From the NCBI GenBank assembly GCA_964188305.1, contig OZ076894.1: a DNA stretch of 64,000 nucleotides; one strand, 5' to 3'. Both the position numbers and the translations under genes were made by a program. Below the pieces are notes generated by a model. The model did not search any database. It was not told the DNA's origin and saw nothing but the letters and a program-made list of their open reading frames with translations. Source of the DNA: Podarcis bocagei. Taxonomy: Eukaryota. Positions 37,966 through 49,908 of this stretch are shown in pieces. Positions within the stretch are counted from its first letter, which is position 1. Each line of letters begins with the position of its first letter.

Positions 37966-39379
37966 AGACTGGAATGTCTGGTAGATTTTCCATGGCTAAT
38001 GCAACAGAGTTGTCTGTTGCCCTCCTCTTCAGTCCCCCCCAGCTCCGCATATTTAAGGGGTGTTAGTATGCAATGGTTGTTCTTTGTGGTCAACACGAAA
38101 TGCATTCGGGGAGGCTCATTTCAGTAGCTGGTGCACAAAAGCATGCATTAAAATGACTGCAACAGCTACTGCTAATTGGCAATTTTTGTGGGCAATTTGC
38201 ACAGAGATGTTGTAGACGGACTGAGCATGAATACTATGCTCTGTCAAGGTCACACTGAGGAAAACTTTGGCTGTTAAAAGACTACTCATGAGGAAAATGT
38301 GCACCAGGACAACAGCTTTCATTCACATCAATAACAGAGAGGGCTCATTTCAAAAGACCATTGATCCTTATAGTAAAATATGAAGGAAATGGTGGCTGCT
38401 GATGATTTACTTGCGGGTGGTGAGCATTCCTCTTAGCTATAGCTTGCCCTGTACAACCTTATGCACTTCACACTTTCAAGTATTAGATCAGCTTTTCAAA
38501 CATTCCCCTGTTGAAGCAGATATCCATGTACACCGTGGGACAGAAATGTCCCACAACATTTTGGACATAAGGAACCCCCCCCCAAATGGTGCTTCATGTC
38601 TGTAGTGATAAAATATACTAATAAATAGTTGAGCATTTGCTGCTCATTCATGGACCCCCAAAATCTGTTGGGTGAAGTGGACCACCTCATACTGCTCAAT
38701 AGCAGGGCCAGCCATGCAACAGGAACAGAGAGTACCATATTTCATGCATGTATCTCTTCGTGCCCTAGGTGTTTGGATGTGTTTGGATGGTTGATACATT
38801 AATGTTGTAAGCACACATGTGCTGCCTATCACACTTGGCCAGGTTGGGTGTTAGATGTTGCTGAGATGAAGTAAGATGTTTCTACAGGGTTCCCTAGGCA
38901 GTTCCACAGCCAGTGCTTCCCACCCCTCTTCTGCATCCAGCCAGTCCATGAGGGCATGTGATTGCTTTTAAATGTTTTCAGATGCGGTAGATGTTTTAGG
39001 TGATTTTTAGTTTTTTTTAAAAAAATGATTTAAATATGCTTTCATTTTATTCAAAGTTGTATCATTTTAATTTTATGATGTTTGCTACCCTGGGTTCCTT
39101 TAGGAGGAAAAGCGGGATAGAAATTTAACAAACAAAGTCGAACAATATAACACAGTGCAGCATAGTAGCTACTTTGAAAGGTAGTGGGGTGACACAATTG
39201 GCATAGAATCTACGCCATAGATGGGGTTCAGCCCTCTCTTATCACTCAGGATTAGTGCTCTAGATTATTATTTAATTCAACACTGTACTGTACTTGGAAT
39301 CCTAGGGTGCAGAAGTGGGTCAATATGGTCTCTCACTAGTGCCAAGACATGTCGTTTCTGAAAGATATAGATCTTGGAA

Positions 39380-39590
39380 ATATCCTCTATCCCTTCATTA
39401 CCTGCAGGTTAGATCATTGCAATAAACTCTATGTGGAACTGCTTTTTAATACTGGATGTTTCAGACTGGCTAGAAACCTCAGCTGGTGCACTTCTTAATT
39501 GGAATGAAATTGGAAGAGCACATTATGGCAGGGCTCCAATATCTGCATCTTCCAGACACAATTAAAGTGATGGGTTTAACCTGCAGAATA
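39380..39590 (+). mobile_element. Highly degenerate L2 RT fragment
   Basis: Translation FITCRLDHCNKLYVEL resembles the L2 motif LVTSRLDYCNALY. Confidence 0.5.
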
Positions 39591-41654
39591 CCTCCACCAG
39601 TCCGAGGTTTGTTTGTTTGTTTTTTTTATTTCAGCGGGAGTGACGTAAGATCACGCTTCTCAAAATATTACTTCAATGCCAACTTTAACCAAATGCTACT
39701 GAAATATATGGAACTTAACAGTGCTTAAGTTTGGTTGAATTGTGCCCCAATTAAGCTTACTATGAATATTAATAATCAACTACAAAATGCAATTTGTTCC
39801 CAAGTGAAAAGTTAGTTCTTAAACTAAACATCATCAGGATATAGGCAGCTTGCTTCTGTGCTATATTCACATGCATTCCCAAGACAAGTCAAGGTCAATG
39901 CAACAGCCTTCAACTTACTTACGTTATGAGACAAGTATTAAAACAGCTGTTCTGTCTGGAATGCTGTGGAAATGTTACATTTCCTATGTCTGCTTCACCG
40001 TTTATTGTCACCTCTGCAGCTCTGTTTGCACAGACAGCTATGATTACTTAATTTCTCCAGAAACCCTCATCAATGCCTCAATTTCCTTTAACCCAGACTT
40101 CAGAATCCCCTTGTCTCTGAACTTCCTTTCACATATTATTTCTGAAATAGTTAATCCTTAGCCAATTTGACCTAGCTTCCCTTTCCTGCCCAGTAACTCT
40201 CCACTGGACACTTCACAGCAACTCCTCACTCCCTAACCTGAGTTTGATCCAAGGAGCAGAACAGTAGGAGAGGCCCGGCCCCTGAAGTGTCATCAGCAGC
40301 TACTGGTCAGGATACAGAGATTCAAAAGCATCATCATTGATTGGACTACTTCCATCATTCAGCATGCAACTCATCCAAAATAACATACCACATAGGGCTA
40401 CAGAGTGGCTGCTGATTTCAGCATTTTTTCTTGCCTGTGATAGGGAAATGAAAGCTTCTCTTTGGTGTTCCATCACTGCTCTTGGAATGCATTTTGGACA
40501 AGGTGATAGCACAACCACAACACATCTCATACAGAATATGCCTTGGGCAACAGAAATAGTAATTAAAAATATATTTCCCTCCCCCTCCAGATAAGCAAAA
40601 ACAGGAAGTGGGGCAATTCACCAAACTTTCCAATTTGTGTGTAGGAGAGCTAACATTACTTGTGGTGGGCCACTTCTCTCCATAAAGGCCAGCAAGAGGG
40701 AGGGAGTTCTAGGGGGAGTTCCAAGTGCAGGATATAGAAGCATGGAAGGCCGCCTATGTCTGAGGTTCCACATCCCTGATTTCAATCCATATTCCATTTA
40801 CTTTCTGCTGTTTTAGCCCATAATTGTTCTATAGCTTAAAGGTAAAGGTAACCCCTGACAGTTAAGTGCAAATAATAATTTAACTTCTCTTATAATGGAG
40901 ACATATCTATATTTTGTTTGATGTGATTACGATTTCCTTTCTCTTGGCCTGACTTATTTATGTTTATTCATTAATATAATACAGAGGTTATGGAAATGGC
41001 ACAATATAATATATATAAACTGCTTACTGCTGCTGAACTGTTAGCAAAGGCTCATGTGTCAATTCAGTAAGCTTTTAGCATAGTGGAGTATGAAACATTA
41101 ATGCCATACTGGAGGAGCACACTGTTGCTAGGTGAGACAGAATCCCTACTTCCCCATTCAATTTGTGTGTGTGTGTGTGTCTTTGATCGGGAGCAGTCTT
41201 GCCACAGAGTTGGATAGGGCAGGAAATAAAGCAAACATGGCTTTTCGTAGAACTATGGCTGGGCAAGAAGTGCAGTAATTAAACAGCTGGATATAGTTTT
41301 TGTCCTTGCCCCACTCTATTATTCTCACTGTAATTCCTCCCCTTCACTTTGTACCCTGCTTTTCAGCCTCAAAAACTCACTCTTATTTGGCTCCTCCAGA
41401 TGACCTGATTATTGAACATTGCTTTGCCTGCACCAAACTTACGCAGACATTAGATTATATCTGACCACTAATGAGCAGCTGGATGATGGCGCATTTGTTC
41501 TGCATTCTTCCTGATTTGCTTACGGGGTGTTTAGATGGCTTCTCATTAGTCATTCATCCACCCCACACTTGTCACTGCATTTCCCTGACACTTTCCAAAC
41601 TACACAAAGTCCTTTTATTTTATTTTAGTGGATTTGTTGTTCTAAAGTGACAGA

Positions 41655-41854
41655 TTACAGGTAGGTAGTACTGTGGGTCTGCCGTAGTTGAAACAAAATA
41701 AAAAAAATTCCTTCCAGTAGCACCTTAGAGACCAACTAAGTTTGTTATTGGTATGAGCTTTTGTGTGCATGCACACTTCTTCAGATACCACACGAAAGCT
41801 TATACCAATAACAAACTTAGTTGGTCTCTAAGGTGCTACTGGAAGGAATTTTTT
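41655..41854. mobile_element. Penelope-like element fragment in fold-back (inverted) arrangement
   Basis: 67-bp inverted arms at 41701-41767 and 41789-41855 (2 mismatches). Flanking direct repeat TAAAGTGACAGA at 41643-41654 and 41855-41866. Confidence 0.75.
41751..41788 (-). ncRNA. Minimal type I hammerhead ribozyme motif (G12 mutated, likely inactive)
   Basis: The minus strand reads GUAU CUGAAGA A GUGUG-CAUG-CACAC AAAA GCUC AUAC. The other arm keeps the intact CACAC GAAA GCUU AUAC half. Confidence 0.6.
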
Positions 41855-43787
41855 TAAAGTGACAGAATTCACTTTAACTGCACCCATTGAGAGTTTAGCT
41901 ACATGACCATTTTCCTTCGGTCTTCTCAGCACATTTATATACTGCTTGATTGCAAGAAAAAAACAAACACCTTAAAGCAATAACACTAGAGAGTTGGAAA
42001 ATCTGGGATGGAGCCTAGGGCTGTTTGCATACAAAACATGCACTCTATCTCTATAAGATGTGAAGTTTTCTTTCTTATTTATCAAAGCTATATTTTATTA
42101 GAAATATTTATAAAATACAGATGTACAACATAGAGTAGATAACATATCCAACTGTAACTCAGGTAGCTGTGATGCGGGTATAAGTGATTTTATACTTTTA
42201 AAGCTTTTATTGTAGATTTTTTTAAAATGTATGGGCAGTTTATAAATATTCTTATAAATAAAATAAAAGTATGTGGGTGGCATTCAACTATATAATTGCT
42301 GCTTCATGGTATAGCAAGAGCATCGCAGGATGTCTCCATTCTATAGATTGGAATCTTGAATGGATGTTTCTGCTGGCCTCTGTTGCCTTCTCTGTAGGAA
42401 GGGTGTAACAAACCGGTACAGAAACAACAACAATTTATTACAGAAGGTGTGTTCAGTTATTACAGGGTCTTTTAAAGACAACAATAGTGTTTCCTGAAAT
42501 TACAAAGGCCAGCACACAAGCTGTGCTATTGTTAGATTATTTATCTTAATTACCACATTCCACAATCGGTTATACTTTTAAAACAACAAGCCAATGAGTG
42601 TGGATCTACACTCCTACTTCTTTGTCTTAGCCTGTGTTTACATTCCTTGCCAAAACAAAGGCACAGAACAAAGTACAGGTGAAAGAGAATAATAATCACA
42701 TCTTGATTTCACTGGGCAAATCCCTGCTCCTGGCACATTTTTTCCCCTTTTGGTGATGGGGTTGGTACACTGATCATTGTATTGGTTACATTATCTCTTA
42801 AATCAATGGTGAAATTTGTTCTTAAATTGCACTAGATTGAAAATAAGTACTAACAACACTTAAAAATGAAGCATTTCTTCAACTTTTGTCTGCTTCTTTC
42901 ATTTGTACTTCACAGGAAATTCTAAAAATAATTCCAGAATTGGAAGAAGTGTACTTTGCCATGGGTTTCTACTTCTTCAATTCATTTGTATCTTCCTCCC
43001 TCTCTGTGTTTATCAATGCACATTGATAAAACACTGCAAAATAATCTTGATGTGACTATGTACATATAATTTGCATTGAAGTGGATTCCTTTGTGTGCTG
43101 TTTTACTGCTATATGAATGCATTCCTGTACAGTGGTGGCTCAGTGTGAGGTGAGAACTGCCCCTTTCCCCCCAAGTGCTGTGAATGTGTAGAAGACATTA
43201 GGAAGAGAGAAGTAGGATATGTCGCTTCATTCCCGATACCTGGGGAAATCAGAGGCAGCTTATGAGAGGCTTGACCTGCTAAACAGCCTGCTTGGCCAAT
43301 TATAAAAATAACCCTGAACCAGCCAGCCTTTGGCATCCTCAGCTATGCAATGGACTACAGTAACACTAAGTTGTGAAGCAGATCTATTTAGTCTGAGTCA
43401 TGCTACAAAGAGGGTTGGCAAGGTCCTGCAGAGAGGTATCCGGTCAACAGTTGGAGTAATGGCTGTCCATGTGCCTTGATAGTAATATGTCAGCAGTTAT
43501 CATGGTGGCCAGATACGTTAGAAGAGGCCTGTTGGGTGAAACTGAAAAGCTCTCTGGTCCTGCATCCTGTTTCTCACAGTGGCTAACTAGATGGCTCTGG
43601 GAGACCCAAAACCACAACATGAGGGCAATTCTTCTTCTTCTCCTCATCCTCCTTGGCTGGTATTCAGAGGCAGCACATAGCCATCATGACTAGTAACCAT
43701 TAATAGCATTGTCCTCCATGAATTTGTCTAATGCTCTTTTAAACCATTTAAGTTTGTGGCCACCACTACATTTTGTGGCAGAGAACT

Positions 43788-44130
43788 GGGGAAGTGTGAC
43801 AGCTTAGTGGTGGAGCGCTTTTGCTTTCCATGAAGAAAGTCCTTGGTTCAGTCCCTGAAATCTCCAGGTACGACTGGCAGAGCCCCATGTCTGAAAGCCT
43901 GAAGTGCCATTGCCAATCACTGTAGACCAGGGTAAGTCAACATGGCGCCCTCCAGACATTATTGAACTAAAACTCCCAGAAGTGCCAGCCAGCATGGCCA
44001 ATGGCCAGGGATGATGACGGCTGGAGTTCAGAAACATTTGGAAGGCACTATGTTGTCCTTCTGGTATAGATAATATTGAGCTAGATGGGCCAATGGTCTG
44101 ACATGGAAAAGGCAACTTCCAATATTCCCA
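43788..44130 (+). mobile_element. tRNA-derived SINE interrupted by a hAT-type MITE (~43928-44062)
   Basis: A and B boxes as at 7251. The SINE resumes after the insert (TGAGCTAGATGG). Confidence 0.65.
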
Positions 44131-45507
44131 TAGTAACTATGTGCAGCATGGGCTTCCTATTGCCAACATTTTCTTCTTTTCCTGAGCTGTCATTCCGCCC
44201 CCCGCTTTTTCATCTAAAGATAAAATAAAGATTACAGCTAGACAGTAAACACAAAGGTATTCTTATCCCCTTCAAGTCCTTAATTTTAACACATTTTCAC
44301 ATATAATTTGTGAAATGGCTGAAAATGTGACGTTTTGCAGTGAGGTGCTGCTATGCATGTCAGAAACATTTTCCTGCTAGCAGAGCTTCCTTCATTTCTT
44401 TGTTTTTTTTCAGTCACAGCAATGCCATCCCATGAACTAAAAGGAAAGGAGAGGCAAATCACTTCTGAACCACTAGTACTATTTTACCAGTAAAGCTAAT
44501 GAATTATCCACATACTGACTGTTTCAGAAGTTCAAATTAAATAATAAGCAGTGAAAGGTTCAGTAAGGTATTGAATATTACTCTTACACTTTCTTTCATG
44601 TGGCAACATTTCAAACAGTCCATCATCATTTGGGTTTGGAGTTGCAGGGGCATTAGGTAACCTCTTCAAAATATGAGAAACTTCAAGTTTTGATTCTGTA
44701 CAAGGTTTTCTCTTGAAGGTGCTAATTAAAGGGCTTTGTGTAGCTATATCCCACCTACCCTGAAATGGTTCAATAATGTTGATATTTTGTAGTTATAAAG
44801 AGGCAACAGCTTTGATTCTTAACAATAGGATGGGAGGCAGCAAACAAGCTACTAGGGAACATTAGTGGGAGAGCCAATGTCTCACTTGGTCACCCTGTAG
44901 GCTTCTGTTTGACCACTGTGGGAGCAGAATGCTGGACCAGATGGAACTTTGATCAGATCCAGCAGGGCTCTACTTATGTTTTTGTGTACATGCAAATGTG
45001 ATTCTGATTTTACACTTGGAACCTGACCAAATTCCTGCATTGAAAACTATTCTTCAGGGACAGAATGGTGGTGGTGGGTCTCAAATGTCACAGCAGATGC
45101 ATGGAAGCAACATCTGCAGCCATTTCAATCCCACCTAAACAATATTATTTTAATTGGGAGAAATATTGAGGGTACCTCCGAACTGTCATTATTTTACAGG
45201 AAGGATTCAAACATACTGAAAATTTAGGTTTGTGGATTACAGTGCTTGCTTCTCTAGTGTCACAAGTCTGCTTTAAAAAAGAATAGAACTTTTGCAGTTT
45301 GAAAAGTGTTGGAAAAATGTATTGAAAAGGGTGGGGTGGTGAATGATGTATAAACACTTCACAAACAAATCAGAATTAATGGAGGATGAATGATCTTTGT
45401 CTTATAACTGTCCTGGAAACAATTCAGAGCATTTGCTCAATAAAGACTGAATATAATCTAACCTCTGTGAAAGCTTTGTGCAAGGAAACCAAGATGAACG
45501 CTCAATA

Positions 45508-46689
45508 TTGGCTCCATTATCACCAAATAATGGAGGCATACAATTTGGACAAAAAAATTGGTTTCCAGGTGGAAAAATCAAAATTGGAAACAGAATTGTT
45601 AGATCCAAAAATCAAGAATTTGTCAAGAATGTATAATTTGCTGTTGAAATGGAATACTCAGGATGAAATGGTGAAATCAGCTATGATTAAATGGGCACAA
45701 GATGTTGGACATAACATAATGATGGCTGACTGGGAACAGTTATTGACCACAGGTATGAAATTCACGGCATGTAATGCCCTAAGAGAAAACTTAATGAAAA
45801 TGATTTATAGGTGGTACATGACACCAGTCAAGCTTGCAAAAATCTACCATTTGCCCGATAATAAATGTTGGAAATGTAATGAGACTGAAGGCACATTCTT
45901 TCACCTTTGGTGGACATGCCCAAGGATTAAGACGTTCTGGGAGATGATTTATAACGAAATGAAAAAGGTATTTAAATATACCTTCCTGAAGAAACCAGAG
46001 GCCTTTCTCCTGGGCATGGTCGGCCAATTGGTGCCAAAGAAGGATAGAACTTTTTTTATGTATGCACCAACAGCAGCAAGAATACTCATTGCGAAGTATT
46101 GGAAGACGCAAGATTTACCCACCCGGGAAGAATGGCAGATGAAGTTGATGGACTATATGGAACTGGCGGAAATGACTGGCAGAATCCGAGACCAGGGAGA
46201 AGAGTCGGTGGAAGAAGACTGGAAAAAGTTTAAAGACTATTTACAGAAATACTGTAAAATTAATGAATGTTCAAAGAATGTTGGAATGAAGTTATATGGC
46301 TTTAGTAGAAATGTTATAAGGAATTAAGTATAAATAGATTAATAGAATATTAAAGGAAAAAATAAGGTTAGAATGTTAAGATAATTATAGGATAGAAAAC
46401 AGAGGAAGATGGAAAGGAATTGCTGAAACAATTAACAGAAGTGGAATACAAAAAGGGAGGTGTGAGGAGGTCGTTGAAATAAGTGAATGAAAGATAAGAT
46501 ATTGAAATTATTACCAAATAATGTTTTAAATTGCTTTTGTTTTTGTTTTGTTAGTTTAATGTGTTAGTGTTTTGTGTTAGTGTTATGTAGTGTTTTTGCA
46601 TTGCATTGTATTGTCCATTCTTTTTTTGTTGTTTTTTGTAGTGTTTGAATTGTTGGAAAAGCAATAAATATTATTTAAAAAGAAAAGAA
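45508..46689 (+). mobile_element. 5'-truncated L1 LINE (young)
   Basis: 17-bp TSD AAGATGAACGCTCAATA at 45491-45507 and 46690-46706. Open ORF2 C-terminal frame with CWKC..HLWWTC, then a 3' UTR, AATAAA and an A-rich tail. Confidence 0.95.
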
Positions 46690-47160
46690 AAGATGAACGC
46701 TCAATAAATAAGTAGTCTGGAGGAGCCATAATGATAGGTATAAGACTGTAAGTAGCTATGTGTTGCAGAATACTGCACTGTGCTGACCCATATTAGAGCA
46801 TTATCTGGCTGAGGGCTTATCCATACTTCCTCCCCCAGGTAAAACTGCTCTTTAGTGCTCAATTAGAGCAAATGGCAATGGGGTTTGCCATGGATTGATA
46901 TTTGTTCTGATTTAAAGTTAGAGGGTGGGGTTTCCCTGGAAAAGGAGAAGAGCAAGAGGAATGGACCCATGCCTAGAAAGTGTGGGTCAAGTGGAAAATC
47001 ACTTAGACCCATGGTCTAAATACAGGACAGGTAGAAGTGTGGATGAACCCATGCTTGGAGAAAATGATGCTCTATTGAAACAGTATATCTGCAATATTTG
47101 TGGCCAGGGTTCCTCATAATTCTGCAGGTGTATGTCATTAACTGGGGCCATTGTGGACCA

Positions 47161-47225
47161 GAGTGCAGTTGAACATGCTTCCCTGTGGGAAATGAGTGCA
47201 GTTGAACATGCTTCCCTGTGGGAAA
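47161..47225. repeat. 33-bp tandem duplication
   Basis: GAGTGCAGTTGAACATGCTTCCCTGTGGGAAA occurs twice with period 33. Confidence 0.9.
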
Positions 47226-47379
47226 ATGACTAAAGTCATCACCAGCCAAGCTCTTTAAGACCTCTAACATTCCATGAAAATGTTGGAAAATTCTATTCCA
47301 CCTTAAGGAGCAGACATGGGATTGTTATGTGTCACATGTCTGTTTGTTGTGTATAGCTTTTGTTTTTGACTCTCTCTCT

Positions 47380-47973
47380 GAGGAGACGAAAGCAGCGATC
47401 CCTCTTGTAGTTCCGACTTCTGGGATAGCCGCGCGAAGCCTCTTCAGGGCAACAGGAGGAACGCTCCCCCTGCCCTGAAGAGGCTTGGCACAGCTATTCC
47501 AGAAGCCAGAACAGCAAGAGGGATCTCTGCTTTCACTGCACAGCAGTTCCCTCTTGCTGTTCTGACTTCGCTTTGCTGGAGAGGCGCTGCACAGAGAGAG
47601 AGAGCTGTGCAGTGCCTCTTCAGCAAAGTGGGAGGAGAAACGAAGCCCCTTCCGTTTCTCCTCCTGCTTTGCTGGAGAGGTGCTGCACAGAGAGGGAGAG
47701 CTGCGTAGCGCCCCTTCAGCGAAGCAGCAGGAGAAATGGAGCCCCTTCTGTTTCTCCTCCCACTTCGCTGGAGAGGCGCTGTGCAGAGAGGGAGAGCTGT
47801 GCAGCGCCCCTTCAGCGAAGCGGGAGGAGAAACGGAGCCTCTTCTGTTCTCCTCCTGCTTTGCTGCAGAGGCACTGCGCAGAGAGGGAGAGAATATTTTT
47901 TTCCTTGTTCTCCTCCTCTAAAACTAGGTGCGTCTTATGGTCAGGTGCGTCATATAGAGCGAAAAATATGGTT
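47380..47973. mobile_element. One-ended TcMar-like non-autonomous element with a 96-bp internal tandem repeat
   Basis: Right end GGTGCGTCTTATGGTCAGGTGCGTCATATAGAGCGAAAAATATGGT. Repeat units start at 47571, 47667, 47763 and 47858. Confidence 0.65.
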
Positions 47974-49087
47974 GTTTATTCTTCAAAAGAGGTATTGCTT
48001 TTATAGAGATATTGTCTATTTTCACATTCTCCACTAATTCCATTGGATTCCCTCATTACCAGACGTATTGGGTCTGTCATATTGCTAAGCTGACACACAT
48101 TATAATAGCTGTTTAAGTTTGGAAGTCCCCATCTTCCAACAGTTGGGTACTGAGGGAATTTTTTTATGTGTGTTCTATCTGATTGGAAATTTATTGATTT
48201 TTATTTCCCATTTGGACATGTGGACTGGTGGGATCCACACTGTTAGGGTTTGGAATAAAAATAATAACTTTGGAACAATAATCATTTTGGTTGTGGCCAG
48301 TCGGTCCATTATAGAAAGTTTCATTTCCCCTCAGCGCTGCATATCTGTGTTTATTGTTTTCCATACTTTGTTATAATTCATCTGATATAACTTATTTAAA
48401 TTATGAGTAATCAGAACAGCTAGGTATCTGAAAGTTTTCTTAGCTATTGGAATTTGTAGATGTTGCATGTTATGTTATGCAATTTGCTCACAACTCTTCA
48501 AGTGAGGCAAACTGAATGCTTCAGCTTAGTGCTGTTGTATTCCATTCAGCTCCTAGATATCCTCTATATGTGTGCAGATTGCAGAATTGGTCTGTGAACA
48601 TAACTTCCTTCATTAGGTGAGTATTAGAACAGATTTATTAAAGCCAAACACCAAAGACTAGACAAATCAGAAGTTCCAGACAGACAGGAGTATCAAGGCA
48701 AACAGATGTAATGTTTTCTCTGGCTTGCAATGGGCTCACAAAAGAGCTGACTGCTGCTTTATTGTGAAATGCTTGAGATTTTTCAGCAGGTGCACATGGC
48801 ATGTGTGAGAGATGTGTATTTTAGAGCTAAAACAGTCCATGACAGTCTGTGGTTTGGATAAGTTTACTGCACCTGCATCCCTCTCTGGAGCGTTTATCCT
48901 CCCTGGGCAATGTGGGGTGGGCTGTGTCGCATTCCACATTGTTCAGGATGGAGAACCCCCTGACCCACTGGAGAGGCTTTTGGAGTGCATAGGAGGCTGC
49001 AGGGAGGAGGAGGGGACCTTCTGTGCTCTTTCTTATTATTTTAGGAGCCCAGACTAGGTGTATAAACCAAGAGCTGCCCAAATCACA

Positions 49088-49908
49088 GTAATGATACAAT
49101 GGGCAAGGGATTTTTGATATAATATACAATTGGCATCATGGGAAAAATTATGGAGGGAAGATTTAAAATTTACAGCATGTTGTATGTTGAAAGAGAACTA
49201 TATGAAAATGATGTATCTCTGGTATCTAACTCCTACTAAACTAGCAAAAATGTATAGAACTGCTGTGGATACATGTTGGAAGTGCAAAGAGAAAGAAGGC
49301 ACATTTTACCACATGTGGTGGACATGCAGGAAAAAAAAGGTATATTGGGAAATGATTTACAATGAGTTGAAAAAATGTTTAAATTACCTTTGTAAAAAAT
49401 ACCTGAAGCTTTCTTACTAGGCATTTTCGGTCCAGAAATACCTAAGGACCAGAAGAGACTATATATGTATGCTACAACAGCTGTGCGGATGCTACTTGCC
49501 CAAAGATGGAAGGAGGACAAACTACCTACAAAAGAAGAAAGGCAGATAAAGATGATGGACTATGCTAAATTGGTGAAAATGACTGGGAAAATCAGATCAA
49601 GAGGACAATAAATTTTACAAAGAATGGGATTTTTTTTAAAAAAAAATTACTTGAAGGAACACTGTAAACAATTGAAAACATTGGCATGATTTTGAAAACA
49701 TTGGCAGTGAAGTGAGAACTATGATAAAAATTGAGTTTTAAGAAAATATGGAGAATATGATATGATGCAGTTTAAAAAGAATATCTGGGGAAACCATGGA
49801 GGGGTGGAGGGAAGTTCTGTGATTCTGAGAATCCTATTTGTAAAATAATTATAATTTATGGATGATGATAAGTGTTAAAAGGGAAAATGAATATAAAAAT
49901 GTTTTAAA
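49088..49908 (+). mobile_element. 5'-truncated L1 LINE (older subfamily, frameshifted)
   Basis: TSD AAGAGCT(G/A)CCCAAATCACA at 49069-49087 and 49909-49927 (1 mismatch). Translation includes CWKCKEKEGTFYHMWWTC. Confidence 0.9.

Noticed and set aside
45386-46327. 313-aa ORF as a chimeric or new gene
   Set aside because: The first ~40 codons are flank and TSD that happen to be in frame with a truncated L1 ORF2. No evidence of expression.
47573-48037. Repetitive 154-aa ORF or CRISPR-like array
   Set aside because: The 96-bp period keeps frames open by arithmetic. The units have no unique spacers, the context is eukaryotic and there are no cas genes.
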